From NCBI RefSeq assembly GCF_036321535.1, contig NC_087436.1, forward strand, positions 21,888,001-21,952,000: a stretch of 64,000 nt of DNA, given 5' to 3'. The DNA comes from Camelus dromedarius. Its lineage: Eukaryota. Positions within the stretch are counted from its first letter, which is position 1, and each line of letters opens with the position of its first letter. The notes under the pieces are model-generated. The model did not search any database and was not told where the DNA came from. It saw only the letters and a list, made by a program, of their open reading frames with translations. Positions 25,056 to 38,721 of the stretch are shown one piece after another. Both the position numbers and the translations under genes were made by a program.

Positions 25056-26499
25056 AGTGAGCTACGTGGGGAAGATCACTTTTCCTTTGCCAAGAGTCGC
25101 TAATTGGGTTGCAGACAATCAGTGCAGAGTGTTGGGGCCACTTGTGAGTAGTGAATGTGTAACGATTGCCCAGCTATCCTGCAAGGACGTGGGGGCTCGG
25201 ATGGTGAAGGGTCCTTCAGCCCATCTGAAAGCTCCCCAGAGCTTGGTGGAAGGATTAGAGCAGATGCACTGTTTAGTCAGAAGGCTTGTTTGGAAAAGGG
25301 TCTGCTAGCATCCTCAAAGACTTCTGAGACTCCAGAAATACTATTTGCATGTAAAATACTGATTTGAGATAAGTTCTCTGAATTTGCCAAAAGTAACTGC
25401 TCAGCTTTTTGAGGGCTTATTTGCTGTCCCGGTTGCCTTGGTAAAAATATACATAAAGTACAAAAAGCAATGGAATCGGGGAGAAGGAATAAGGAACACG
25501 TGTGTTGCTATACAATGGGAAATACACAGAGTCAGATGTATGACTTGAAAGAATCTTGAATGAAACAAATGCTCAAAATCTTCAGTTAACCAAAATAATC
25601 TAGGCAAAATGACTTATAATATGACTTTAATTCTGATAAAGAACATGAGCTATTAATAGTATTTGCAACTGGATGGTGAAATTATAGGTGATTTCTGTAC
25701 TCTTTATATTTATCTACAGCATTTTAATATTATTCAAAAAGCAGGGATAACTTTTATAAACTGGTAAGTTAAATGTGTTGGGAATTCAGCTTTTCCTTAG
25801 ACTGTTTTTTCGCATGTGCTTAAGTTCCATTACTGTTGAGTGGTGTGGCCTTTTCTTTTTTTGGAATTAATAAAAGGACATAATATAAAAACTCTACTTT
25901 AAAACGTTATTTGAGGATTCCCCTGTTCTGACTTATCAATAATAGATTACAGATACATTACTGAATAGCTTTTCAGCACTTCCACTTCCACTGTCCATTT
26001 TGATTCCTTTAACATCGCTTTGGCAGCATGACATTATAATTGCCCCAAGTCGTAACTGGCATATTAGGAGGAACAGCCTTCACTGTGTCACCTCAGGCTC
26101 CTAAGTGTCTCATTTTTAGGACATACGCTCTGGTCAAAAGTACTCTAGCCTGGGTATTTTACTCTATCAAATAAACATTTCCAGATTAAATGAAATAGAG
26201 CCTGGAAAATGAATGTCTCAATCATTTTTTTTTCCCCTGAATTTCACATCTCCAATTATTTGAATGACAGACCATTTTTGTATCTGTATTAGATCTAACA
26301 TCTCTTGCTCTTTGCACAGGCAGGATAAAGTGGTATGTGAAAATGAATGTAATTGAGGGTAAAGGAGGTTTTCTGAGAATTAGAGGTGGATACGAAATTG
26401 TCCTCATAGGAGCTTGCCTTGCACTCAGAGCCGGGGTTCTATGGTATCTTCTTTGCCTCTGTATCTCTTTGGTTATTGAGATTGGTTGAGTTTCATCTC

Positions 26500-26740
26500 T
26501 GCATCTGTCTCTGTCACTTAGGACTTACTTAGTGACCTTGACTGAGTTACTCAATTACCTTCTTTGGGCCTTGGTTACCTTCTCTTTAGAGAAGAGACAG
26601 TGGGGATAGTAGCATTACCTATCTCATAGGGTTGATGAGATCACGTATACAAGTTCCCACTGTAAAGCCTTCAGGACGATGTTTGGCACAACATAAGTGC
26701 TTATTAGCATGTATTAGCTATTATCATTATGATTATTATC
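26500..26740 (+). mobile_element. MIR
   Basis: gtgaccttgactgagttact...acctatctcatagggttgatgaga...tttggcacaacataagtgcttattagcatgtattagctattat. Confidence 0.75.
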
Positions 26741-29551
26741 ATTAAGCATAAAACTCTTGCACTGTAAATCCATCAGATCTTCACCTTTTATAAGGTAGTG
26801 TTTCCTCAATACATTGCATTCTAATCCTGCATGCCTGTAACTCTTTGGGCATTAATATAGACGTATTTATATATACTAATTTTTTTCTACATACCTATAA
26901 AAATAGTCCCTCAGATTCAAATTATGGAATTTCATAAAAAATAAATGTAACTGAAAAAGTACAACTCTCAAAATATAACCATAAAATCCACTTGATTTTG
27001 TTGTTCAGTGTCTGTGTAAAATAGATTCAGTAGCAGTTTTTCCCCCATTACTGGATGGAAACTTCAACAAGTTCATTACTCTTGGATAATAGGAAGTCCT
27101 AGGGTCACTTTACACAAAAAATACAGTCTCAATTCAGAAAATAGGCTGTCTAGTCCAATATATTCGTCCACACTCAGTCTTTATGTGGTCCCCTCCTCCA
27201 GCTGAGGCACAGTTCTGGTGGGTCACCTGCCTGCAGGAATTGATCAGCCCCTTCTGTCTGCACCCTGGCCTCTCCCTCCCTCCTTCCCTCTTTGGGGCTG
27301 TGGCTTCCAACCCTATCAGTGTCAAAACAGGGTGAGAGGGAGGGAGTTTGAGGGCATGGAGAGTATTCTTTCTTGAGTGATAACATCACAACTTGCTTTG
27401 TTCTTTCGTGTCCTCACAGGGCTGGTTAAAAGAATTTTTCTTTCACAGATGCTTCTGTGCTTTCTTTGGAAGTTTCCCTCGGATAGCAATGCCTGTGACT
27501 TGGGGAATGGGTTCCATCTAGCCAGCAGGGTCAGCCCACCCTGCCTGCGATTTTGTGGTGGGCCCCTCGACATGGTCTCTTTCCATTCTCGTTCCCCTTG
27601 AGGAGAAGTACAAGCCCCTCTAGGCCAGCTAGCCCTCCTGTGGGTTTCACCACATCTCATCCTCAGAAAACTCCCACGATTTGTTCTGATGAACTTTGAG
27701 GACCAGGTTGATTCCAACACATTAGTAACACTCTGGTTATGCTGCCAGAGCAGTTAGTCATTCCATTGCTCACTTTGTAGGTTTTTTCAACAAGAAGTCA
27801 GACCCCAGTCCCCTATTATCCCCCACACCTAACACGTATACCCTTCAGTGGTCAAACATTACACTTTCCGAGTAGCCCCTTGAATAGCTGCTTTTTCGAA
27901 AGAAAACTTCCATACAGACTTTGCTTCACGACAATCCACTTCCCTGTTTTAGACCTTCCTGTAGAATAGGGGCTACCATAGCCATTCCACGGGCTCTTGG
28001 GGATCTTTTCTGAGGCTCCCCCTGGTGGACACTTCCGCACTTACTTTGTTGCCTGTTATTTTGCGCATCTGGCATCTCATTTGAAACGTCGGATTTAAAC
28101 TCCATTTTTATGGAACAGATACGTTTTTAAATATTTCATAAATGTTTCAGTAATTTCACACAACATATAATGTGGCAAGATTTTAAGTTAAAAATAAACT
28201 AAGGTCGCATAAAAACCTACGCAATGTAGATTTTGGGCAATAGTTGAAGACTTAAAGAGGAAAAAATGCCCTGCAATGGAGGAAAGAAAACATTACTGAG
28301 CGTCATTGTTTTTTTGGTTTTTTTTTTACTGCTGACTCTACAATTGAATTCTAAGATTAAGGGAAAAAGAACACTTATATTACAATGAAGTAAAATGACC
28401 TTTTAGCTGCACAGCTTGAAGTTTCACTAATGGTTTTTAGCTCCATCAGAAACAAAAGTTCCATTTCATTTTCTGCTTATCATCCACTATATAATAGATT
28501 ATAATGCTAAAAGGGAATTAATCGTGTGACAGTGGAAATGAGTTTGCATAAAATTCGTTTACTTGAAAATAGAAGCACTCATATTTACCAAATTTGCAGT
28601 TAGCTAAAGAAGTGGCATGGTAACAGCAGAGTTAAACCAGAGAACAAACTGCACCACTAAACTTAATTGGAAACAGCGTTTACGTAGTGATTGAAATAGA
28701 AAGGTTGAAAATGTGAAGAACCATAATGTAATGTTTTCTGTTGGGATTTAAGAGTATTTATACTTTAATTTGTAAATGTAAACAAGATGCATTTTAAATT
28801 GTGCGCATGCATCAATACTTTGAGAAATGGACTTCCGATTCCCATTAATGTAATTTTTAGACCCAAGAAGTTGGTATTTCCAGAGAGTTTTTTTCCACCC
28901 ATGGTAGTGAGAAAGATACTGTGTGAGTATGTAAATATGTATTTTTTCCCCTTTCTCTGGGCATCTGCTACCTTTCTTTATTACACAAACCAATTGATGT
29001 TCATTTTAAACAAGGAAAATTTAGTGTTTACACTGTGTAGAAGGCTAATTCATCCAGTGAGTTTTCATTGGTATATGCAACATCTTACCTAGCCTTCCTA
29101 AGTTATGTGTATTAGAAGAATACAATCTAGTTATTATTGATCTGGCAAAATGGCTTTTTTGGTCTGCAGTATTCCTAACATGAGAAGGAAATGAGCTTCA
29201 TATGAAATTGGTTATTTAAGAAAGCAAGTGTCAAAGAACTGTGGCCCTGGAAACCACGACGAATGTGTATCCTAAGATTGGAGAAGTATTTCATAGAACT
29301 AACTATTCAATAATTAACCCCATAGTCCTGAATTAAGTTTCAGACACCACCCTAAGCAATTGCTTCATATGTATTAAGTAAAGGCAAGGAAGATTATTTA
29401 AAGATTCACAAAAATTTAAATTTTGTATCAAAGATGAGATTCAAAGAATCTGCTTCTTTTTCTCCTTAAACAGTTTTCATATCTAAAAATGAGAAGAGTT
29501 ATTCACTTTATGAGGACTAGTGCCATAGTCTTCTGTAATGGGGAAGGAAAT

Positions 29552-29872
29552 TTTTCTTTTTTTAATTGAAGTATAGTTGATTTACAATGCTGTGTTAGTT
29601 TTTGGTGCACAGCATAGTGATTCAGTTATACATACATATATATTTCCTTTTCATATTTTCATTATAGGTTATTACAAGATATTGAATATAGTTCCCTGTG
29701 CTGTACAGTAGGACCTTGTTGTTTATCTGTTTTATATATAGTAGTGTGTATCTGTTAATCCCGAACTCCTAATTTATCCCTCCCCCTACTTTCCCCTTTG
29801 GTAACCATAGTTTGTTTTCTATGTCTGTGAATAATTTTTGGTTTATAGATAAGTTCATTTGTGTCTTTTTTA
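29552..29872 (-). mobile_element. Cetartiodactyl-type L1 3' end
   Basis: ttttaattgaagtatagttgatttacaatgctgtgttag...atagttccctgtgctgtacagtaggaccttgttg; similar to 38846-39052. Confidence 0.9.
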
Positions 29873-29887
29873 TTATTATTGTTCTTA

Positions 29888-30530
29888 CAGCCAGGGCCTA
29901 TTTCTAATCAGGAGATGGAAACCACACATTAATTTGGATAGAGAAAGTTTAATATAAAGAATGATCAGCTGGGAGGAGGGTATAGCTCAGTGGTAGAGTG
30001 TGCACTTAGCATACACAAGGTCCTGGGTTCAATCCCTGGTACCTCCACTAAAAATAAATAAAATAAAAATAATGATAAATAATAATAATAATTTAAAAGT
30101 ACATAAATAAACCTAAGTATCTCCCCCACCAAACAAAAAAAATCAAAACAAAACAAACAAAAATTAATCAACTGTAAGGGAGGATTGGAGTAATAAACCG
30201 TGTGAGAATAGAAGCAATCACTTCCAGGAGGGTGGAGACGGAGCACTCTGCGAGGGTTTCCTCCCTCCTGCCTCCAACCCTGAGACCCAGGTCTTCTTGG
30301 AGAGGGCAAAGCCACAGTCACAGGATGGTGCAAAAGTTGTTGAGGTGTTGGAAGAACCTGCTGGACACGTGCCCTCTGGAATTTGTGGGAAACCCACGCT
30401 CTATTTGCAGGTAGGCATCTCCCCAGAGAAGCTCTGCTACAAAACGGCCCGAGAGGTCTGCCAGGACGCTCCTGGTGGTGAGTGGTGTTGGCCATCATGA
30501 TCTTCAGGAGCTGGACACAGGAGAAGCATC
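29888..30530 (-). mobile_element. Ancient LTR-like element interrupted by a SINE
   Basis: aatcaggagatggaaaccacac...gaaaagtttaatataaagaat resembles antisense ends of old LTRs, and LTR-like sequence resumes after the SINE; family not assigned. Confidence 0.45.
29970..30162 (+). mobile_element. Camelid tRNA-Ala-derived SINE (Vic-1 type)
   Basis: ggagggtatagctcagtggtagagtgtgcacttagcatacacaaggtcctgggttcaatccctggtacctcc followed by A-rich tail and aacctaagtatctcccccc. Confidence 0.92.
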
Positions 30531-31464
30531 TCATAGCTTTTTTCTTGGTTTTGTTTTGTCATGACAAATTCCCCCCAGGCAAGAAAAGTCTCTAAGCCAA
30601 CATATTAAATATATTATAATCCCTATATTCCTCTCATTCTTAATCCTTCTCCTTGGTCATAAATTCTAACGTTTAAGCTATTCTCTAAAATCTGCCCCAC
30701 TGAAGCAAACCAAATACTCCAGGTAATGTTGGGGAGATTTAAATGAGACTAACAGCCCATGAATGGGGAAAGTGCACATTTATTAATATAGTTTAATATT
30801 GCATTAATGTCAGCAGCTGCCTCAAATACCGGCTCATTAAAATTTTGGCGAACTAACACGTGTACATTTTTTTCTGTATAAATTGCTTCCTTGCTCATAC
30901 ATATGGTATTGGGTATTGGAACCAGAGCATGGATGAGAATGTTGATGGTTAAGTTGCTCACCATGATATCTTTTAAAATCTTAAGGAAATGTGACTCAGT
31001 CATTTAATATGTTTTCAGTTTCAGATGACTTAGTGTTACCTATAAACTTAAGAAACTTATCATCTATGTTTGTATTTAAATCATTGACTAAACAGGACCA
31101 GGCCAGGTGCTGCATGAATGCTGGAAGCTCATTATTTCCCAAATCGTGTTCTGATTCAAAAGATACTATTCATCGCTCCGAGGAGTAAGAGTTTCACCAG
31201 CATTTGCTTTATTGTAGATTCACATAACATATTAGCATTGAAAAATCTGAGGCATCTAGTAGAAAAAAAATGTTTAAAATTTTATTTACGAAGACGAGAG
31301 TATTTTGACAAGAGATGGTATTTTCCTCAGCCCATCCGTTTATCTGGTCATCTCTCTCCTGAGTTTTTTAGTAACATCGTTTTGATTCGTGTTGACATAG
31401 GCTAGCTAGTCAAGGCTAGAAGCGCATACTCAGTATGTTAATTAGGTGCTGAGATTAGCAGTTG

Positions 31465-31890
31465 CATCTGAACTAGTTATGGTGAGGCTAACTGCCTCAG
31501 CAAATAGCCTCCCAAATCCTTGTGTCTTACAACAGTAAAAGTTTATTGCTTGCTCAGGTCGCTGATGCTGTAGGCAGGCACGCAGGGTAAGGACGCTGCT
31601 CCACAGTCATCTGGAATCCCGTCTCCTTCCAACTTGAATGCCTCCATCCTCACCGTCTGGCCTTGGAGTTCATCTCCGAAGGAGCCGTTTCCTTCTGAAC
31701 TACAGGGAGGGCACACTAGGTACAGAAACATCTTGAGCCACAGATCACTTCATCTTACGTCCCTTTGGCCAAAAACTTGTCATAAGGCGGACCTAAATAA
31801 AAGAAGACCAGGAGTTGTCTCCCCCATCTGGACACTGCTTCCCGTCAACAACTCTGCACCGTGAAAGGAAAGAACACATGTTGGATAATC
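31465..31890 (-). mobile_element. MLT1-family (K/L-like) MaLR LTR
   Basis: cccaaatccttgtgtcttacaacagtaaaagtttattgcttgctca and tcacttcatcttacgtccctttggccaaaaacttgtcataaggc. Confidence 0.7.
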
Positions 31891-32564
31891 AGCCAGTCAT
31901 TTCTGCTGGAATGAAGAAGAGTGTTTTTGCTGTGATTTTTTGTAACAGAACTCTGACCAGGAAGAGAATTATACTTAGAAGAAAAATGTGGATAAGCCAT
32001 CTGAGGAAAACAGTAAGACGTTGGACACATACTAAAAACCAAAACAACAACAACAAAAATCTTCAAAATTCTTAATCTGTCCTTTTGTTTTACTGATTAC
32101 TGTGTTGAATTTCCTTATTCAATTTGGAGGTAGAAGCTGAGGCAGCAGAATTATTCCATTGATGGAGAAGAGAGAAAACTGACATTCCAAAAAGATCTTT
32201 AGGTGTTAGAGGAATGAGAAGGCCTGATAAAGACTGAAGGTGGAACAAGGAATAAAAACAGCAGGTGAGGGCATGACTGCAGGCAGCCTTGGAAATCAGA
32301 AACATCTAAGGGGTTAACCTGAGGAGTGGGCTGTTGGAGCAGCAGTGAGGGTAGGGGTGGAGGGAATGACAGTAAGAGCGAAAGAGAGTTTTTTTAGAGA
32401 ATTTGAAGCAATGCTCAGACCTGTGTTTGGCACAAGATAAGAATAGAAGTGATACAGGACAAAAGCAATGGAATGGGGGCACCAGCCTCGGGGTTACAAT
32501 TTGTAAGCGTAATTTCAGTGTCATCAGAAATGCTTACATAGCAGACATTATTTTTCCTATATAA

Positions 32565-33000
32565 TGTGGCATTTTATCATGAGGGTTCAGTGCAAGAAAC
32601 AGAAACAACTCTAGGTACCTCAGGCAAAATGGATTTGACACGAGGATTAAGTGCTTACAAAATCTTTAACAGCCTGGAGGAGTGGACGTCAGGGAGCCAC
32701 CACATGACTCCTGGCATCAAAGCTTTTGCACCACCCCAGGCTCCAGAGGTCAGGATCTGCTGCTCCCACGCCTATGCTGCTGCCAAAGTCGCAGCCTCCC
32801 ACACCCACCAAGCAAGGGAAGGACGTGGTGTTCAGCTGCCGCTGACACCCACCTGTGCTGGAGCCCATCTGCCCCTCGCCGTGTTCCCGTCTCCTTTGCA
32901 TTTATTTTCCGACTCTCAGGATGAGACATCTCCTTGGCAGAAACAAAATTGCATCCAGAACAGCAGAGCAAGGGAGCTGATTTTTGCCTTCCGTGGCCGG
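32565..33000 (-). mobile_element. Ancient LTR (family uncertain)
   Basis: gagggttcagtgcaagaaacagaaacaactctaggtacctcaggcaaaatggattt...aagtgcttacaaaatc resembles antisense ends of old mammalian LTRs. Confidence 0.5.
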
Positions 33001-33545
33001 TAATTCTGACAAGAAGTAAAACACAGGAAGTGGATGAAACTGGACCCAATATCTAACACAGACATTGTATTTTCATATTCAGTGCCTTTTTGGGGGGGGG
33101 CGGGGAAGGAATTAGTCATTTCATTAAGAGTTTAATGATAGTATCCCTTCTATGCATGTTAGTATTTCTACAAGTTATCTAAAATGTACTAATTAATTTT
33201 GTCATAAATGCATAGCCCCCTTTCCCTGTCAGTTCCCCATTTTGCCAAGGAACCCTTTAATCAAATATTCCAAACAGAGCACAAACATAAAAGGAAATTT
33301 TAACATTGGAGCTGGGGAATGAAGTGGAAGTTTATTCAGTTTGGCTAATCTCCTCACCAGGATCTCACAGGCAACTTTACAGTGAGAGCCGGGGAAGAAA
33401 CTTTGAGACTCACTGGTTTATATAAACTAATATAGGTATGGTTCTCACATCGGCAAGACACAGTGTGAGAAAGAACTAAATTAGGGCAAGGGGAAGGAGA
33501 CAGTGGTAATTTATGTTCTTTGCTAGATAACTGATCAAATGTTTT

Positions 33546-33674
33546 GAACTGACCAGTTGGTTCAATCAGTAAACAGTTGAGTGAAACCACTGTGACTTCC
33601 ATCGAGTTGACCAGTTTGTTCAATCGGTAAACACAGTTGAGCACAACCACTGTAAGTTCCGCTGAGTTGATCAG
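33546..33674. repeat. Diverged tandem duplication, unit about 58-60 bp, about 2.2 copies
   Basis: gaactgaccagttggttcaatcagtaaacagttgagtgaaaccactgtgacttcc versus gagttgaccagtttgttcaatcggtaaacacagttgagcacaaccactgtaagttcc. Confidence 0.9.
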
Positions 33675-35303
33675 CTATTAGAATGTACCTCATTGACAGG
33701 TGGATTGACTTAATGCAGCTAAACCTTTAAAAGTAGAATTATTCTGCCTGATGAAATTCCTCATTCAAATGTACTTTGAATCAGATACCACTTCAATAGG
33801 GAAAGCTTTTGTTGTTGTTGCTGTTATATTGTTCTGTAGATATGCAAAATCAATTCATCTGGCTGTTTTATGGCTTCTGCAGACACTCAAGTATCTGGGT
33901 GACAAGTATAGCAAATATCTAGCAGGTGGCGTGAGCAGTCTGAAGCCAGTCTTGTAATCTCAGCCTGGAGATGATCCAGACTTCCTGGTTTGAGAATGAA
34001 GGAACAGTTTCGGTCTACATCTGCCACCTCCGAGCTGCGGCTCACGAATGACTGTCTCCTCCGCGCGATATTTGTGTGAGTGTGAATGGATGGGTTGTAC
34101 CTTGTTTGGTTTTTTTTCCCCCAGATGCACAAAAAGAGGCCTGAACAAGGCTAGGAACAAGTTCATATAATTTCATATGACTTCTAACCTCAGTGTGTGT
34201 GTGTCTCTCTCTCAAGTTCCCCCTTTTCTTAAAAACTGATTCTCTTTTTGAGTTTATTGGTAAAAGAATGCATGGTTTGTAACCATAGAGGTTCTTCTAC
34301 AGTATCTAAGTTGAAGGAAGTCTTCTTTCACTAGGAAAATTATTTTGTTAAAATAATTCTAGGGAAGTATTTTTAGCCTTCCTTAACTTTCATGTCCAGG
34401 CCTGCAATATGGGTGTATGAATGGATACTACTCATCTTGAAAATAGTTAGAATTTCAAAGTGGCTTGTTCACCAAAGTACAACTTATATGCTTCTCAGTG
34501 TTCATAATAAGAGAACCCTTCAAATTCTTTAACGTTATATTTGCATGATTCATATTTTCTTAAACTGGCTTATTCATTCAAGGTATCCTTTTATGATATC
34601 ACAAATAATTGTGATACCCCGTGTTACCGGTATTTAGTCAAAACAAATTTGAATTTGCCTGAAATATTATAGCTCAAGTATTTTGCTTCATAGTTATGTA
34701 AATTGCTTTATGTCTGTTTTTAATATGTATATTCACATGCATATAATCCTGATGAATTTACTAGATCATAGTCAGAATGTCACCATTATTTTTATAAATT
34801 TCTACCCTGTCACAGAGTCTGCAAGAAATCACTTCGAATGTATTACCATTTTTAGCACACTCCATATTGTTGCCTGCCCTTGCCATGTGGATTTAACCAA
34901 TTTAGCAGCCAGTGTTGAACATGTTTGTGTTTAGAAAACAATGCTTACAAAGAAGGAGTATGGGGAGCCACTTACAGAAGGATTAAGGTGGATGATTAAC
35001 AGCCAAGACCAAGCTGTGCTTTTTGTGCCTCTCCTGTGAAGGTCATTCATGATGATCATTTGCCAGAATCCTTAAGTTTAGGTGAGAGGTTTTGTTGTTG
35101 TTGTTGAAGGTACCAAATGTTTTCAAGAAAGGACTGGGAATAATACATTTTCTTGAAATAAGAATGTATACATCTTGAACTCAAGCTGACTTCAGTTTTC
35201 CTTTGCATTTCTTTTGAAACTAAGATTTGAAAAGTTCTAGGTAAATTTTGGAATAATTAAATATGCCTAGGGTTCAAGTGATAAGATGTATTTCCTCTTC
35301 CCT

Positions 35304-35306
<3 letters not shown>

Positions 35307-35360
<54 letters not shown>
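35307..35360. repeat. (TG)27 microsatellite
   Basis: Perfect repeat seen directly. Confidence 0.98.
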
Positions 35361-35364
<4 letters not shown>

Positions 35365-38259
35365 ATCTCTGCTCTCCTAGAACTGGTTTTCCTTCTGTTT
35401 TGTTTGTTGAGGCCACATCTTCGATGTATGTACTCAGCCTCCATCCAAGGTCTATACCTTGGTTTCCCTTTAAGAACCTTGCCCTCTCACTCTCACACCT
35501 AAGTCCTATTTCTCCTACTCCCCATTCCCATCTCTAGAAATCTGTGTCTGTTGATCACACAGGACTCTGCAGCTTTCAGTTTGAGTATATACCACTGTGC
35601 TTACTTTGAAAGTGGGCCTTTGCTGTCTGTGAATCGCATTTATTGTCCTGGTAACTTAAGCACAATTACCATAATCACTCCCTATTTCCTGGAACCTGTG
35701 CTTAGTAAACTTTTTGAAAATTTAGGATTGGCTGGAGTGGTGTTGGATGGAGAATGGAAAGCAAGGAGTGGAAAGTCACATTAAAAGAGGGTCAAATTTC
35801 CATAGCCACATTCATCCAAGGTCACCCAAGGTCAGCCTCACTCAAGCCTCGGGTGGAGGTGTGCTGGGATCTGACTACACAGGCTGAAGTGCAAGATGAC
35901 TGCGGCATGTGTGGGAGACGTGCTATTTCATTTCCTCTCTCTCTTCTCTCTGGGGTTTAGTATCACCAAGTTCAAGGAGCAACAGAGGAACTCCAGTGGA
36001 GTGTTTTCAATTTGATTGATTTCAGTGTTGAGGAAGTGGCTCATGACCTTTACCTTAAATCAGTGTATCAGTATATTTGATTTCATTAAAAAACGTATCT
36101 TTAGGTAGATGATGATGGTTGTTGACGTATACAACATGATCATGTTCATCAAGCTAAAATAATACTTTCAAAATTAATAACTTAAAAAACCATGCAATAT
36201 ATTTTCTAGATTGTGAATTTTTTAAAGTAATTCTAACTTGATCTATAAAATTTATCTTATAGATGTTAACTATTGACTGTTACGATTATTGATACATAAA
36301 AATACACATCATAAACATCAGTCTCAAATTCTGACTAACAATTACCTTTGGGTACTACTATTTGGTTTTTAATCAAAGAAGATTTGAGAGAAGATGCAAA
36401 TTTTTTTTTGTAAAATATCAAGTGTGACTAGACCTTATACTGGGTACTTGGGCCAACACAGAAAACACGTTAGGTAAAAAACTACAGCTCATTTCAAAAA
36501 CATTAGACAGAAGTAATGCCCGGCCATCTAATTTTTGTGTCAGCAACACAGTTTTAAGATCATAACGATAGAAAGGAGCACAAGTGAGATAAAAAGTTAA
36601 CCTTTAGAAATTTCATGAAATAGCAATGAAATGTCAAACTACAAGAAAAAGGGAAAAAAAGAGGTTTAAAAATATTTTCACTAAGTAATTTTATATTATT
36701 TATTAAACTGTATTGAGTTCTGTCTTTATACCCAACACTGCGATAAGTCTGGGAATACTGAGATTCTTACAGGCTAGCAGGATGGGCAGGCATATGAACA
36801 ATTACCAAAGCAATACATTTTATCATTAATTTATATATACGTAATTTTTCCTGGGAGTGATCAGGGTGGGCTCTTAGAAGGAAGTAAACTGTGTCTTCAA
36901 GTAGATATAGGGATTTTCTAGGCAAATGGGGCAACTCTAAGCAAAAGGAGTATTTTGAAAATTCTAGCTGAGAAAGAACATGCGGTGTCCTGGAAACTGC
37001 ACACTTCCAGATGAAATGTAGATGTTTATGGATGGTCACTGGAGATCACCAGCGCCTGAGATGCTGTGGGTATCTACTTCCTTAATGAGACCATATCCTG
37101 TAACCAGTGGATCAGTGGTACAGGTACATAGGTTTCATGTCATCATTCAAGTGAATTTACTTGGTTAACTGCTGTTTTCGTCTTGTCTTTCTTTGTCATG
37201 TTTTCCAAAATCACGTGGTCTCATGAACATCACACACATGCAAAGGAGAAGAAGCATATTGAACACTTACTTCCAAAGATATGATTTGTAGAGCAACTAA
37301 AGTTCCCACAAAGTGATAGGTCGCATATATACAGGAACAGAGTTTTAGATGTGGGAGGGCAGTGCATTTGAGAGATGATGAAGGTGAAGTCTAAAAAGGT
37401 TTAAGTGAGCTGCCCAATTGACCTGACAGATCCTTGCCAGATGCAGAAAAGAAAATGAATGTCGTCTCCCCAGCTGTGGTGATTTTGCCTGCTTAGAGTT
37501 AATTCATCTAAGTGAATGAGGGACGGAGTCATCAGGGAAGTTCCCAGCCCTTGGGGTTCTGAGACAGCCCCTTCCCATCACACGTGATGTTGCCTGGATT
37601 CCTTAAGTTCTGATAGAAGCTCTTTGATCAAGTGCAGGAAGAGGCAGCTTCAGCTCTAGCAATGCCAGGGCACACTGCTCTATGCACAGCTGTCTCTTCT
37701 TTGGATTTGAAAAAATAACGACGTTTCTACTTAGAGGGAAATAAAACCCTGAATTGTAGAAAGGCAGAAAATGATGACAACAGAGTCTTTTGTTAATTTT
37801 CAGGTGGTTAATTATCAGTTGAATTAATGGTCATTTATCTTTTCCCTCTTAGAAATTTTTCAGTTCCAATTTTTAGAAGTTAAAATCAGAGATGCTTTCT
37901 GAAGTGGAAAATGAAGAAAAAGATGGCCGTTAATTACCAAGACATACACAGAAAAGAGATTTAGCAAATCAGCTAGCATTGTTTATAGAAATATTTAACT
38001 GTAAGACTTTGTTAGATTTCATGAACCAAGGATTGAATGTTTATTTTAATTCCTATACAGATAATTGGGAGATTTAGTTCTATACTGTTAATCTGTCAAT
38101 AGGTTTACTTGCCTTTGAGAAAATAGGGAAATTCTGAAATAATGATACAGTGATGGAAACTCTTGGTTCTGATGAATCCTTTCTCTGTGGGGAGGGGTGC
38201 AGTCAGAGAAGGGCCAGATTGGACCCCTCTAAATCAGACCAAGTCTAAGGCCAGCACTA

Positions 38260-38510
38260 GGTTAGAGATATGATGCATCTGTAGACACGATCAGTTTGAG
38301 ATAACGATGGGATATCCACTTGGCAGTGTTACCCAGGGAACTGCACATATAAGCCTGTAAATCAGGGGAGGGGTGAGAGTGTAAACTTACAAATCTTGCT
38401 TTTGAGTTGATCATTGAAGCCTGGAGATTAAATGAGATTTCCATGGAAAAATGGAGTATGAAGTGGGAAAAAAGAGGACTGAGAAGTGAACTTAGGAAAT
38501 GCCCATACAC
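38260..38510 (-). mobile_element. L2 fragment
   Basis: cagtttgagataacgatgggatatccacttggcagtgtt...ttgaagcctggagattaaatgagatttccatgg...gaggactgagaagtgaac. Confidence 0.65.
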
Positions 38511-38574
38511 AAATAATTTATTGATTTAGATAATAGTAATAATTACCACTATATTATTATTATTATTATTACCA

Positions 38575-38705
38575 TAATGACAATTACAATTTATGGAGCC
38601 GTTACCATGTGCCAGGCATTTTGTGTGGATTAGCTCATTTAATCCTCACAACCCTTGAGGTAAGTGATGTTATTAGTGTTACAGGTGAGAGAATTGTTGT
38701 AGCTC
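38575..38705 (-). mobile_element. MIR fragment
   Basis: ttaccatgtgccaggcatt...gattagctcatttaatcctcacaacccttgaggtaag...ttacaggtgag. Confidence 0.7.
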
Positions 38706-38721
38706 AATTTATCTTCTTGTA

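Noticed and set aside
29975..30048. tRNA-Ala gene (also at 13705-13778, 42060-42134, 56330-56403)
   Set aside because: These are diverged tRNA-like heads followed by A-rich tails, several with TSDs, so they are SINEs rather than tRNA genes
29965..30534. 189 aa minus-strand ORF
   Set aside because: It runs antisense through a SINE and LTR-like sequence, with low-complexity F/Y/L from the tail; no recognisable domain
32566..33003. 145 aa ORF
   Set aside because: Coincides with an ancient LTR-like repeat, has a non-ATG start and no protein family resemblance
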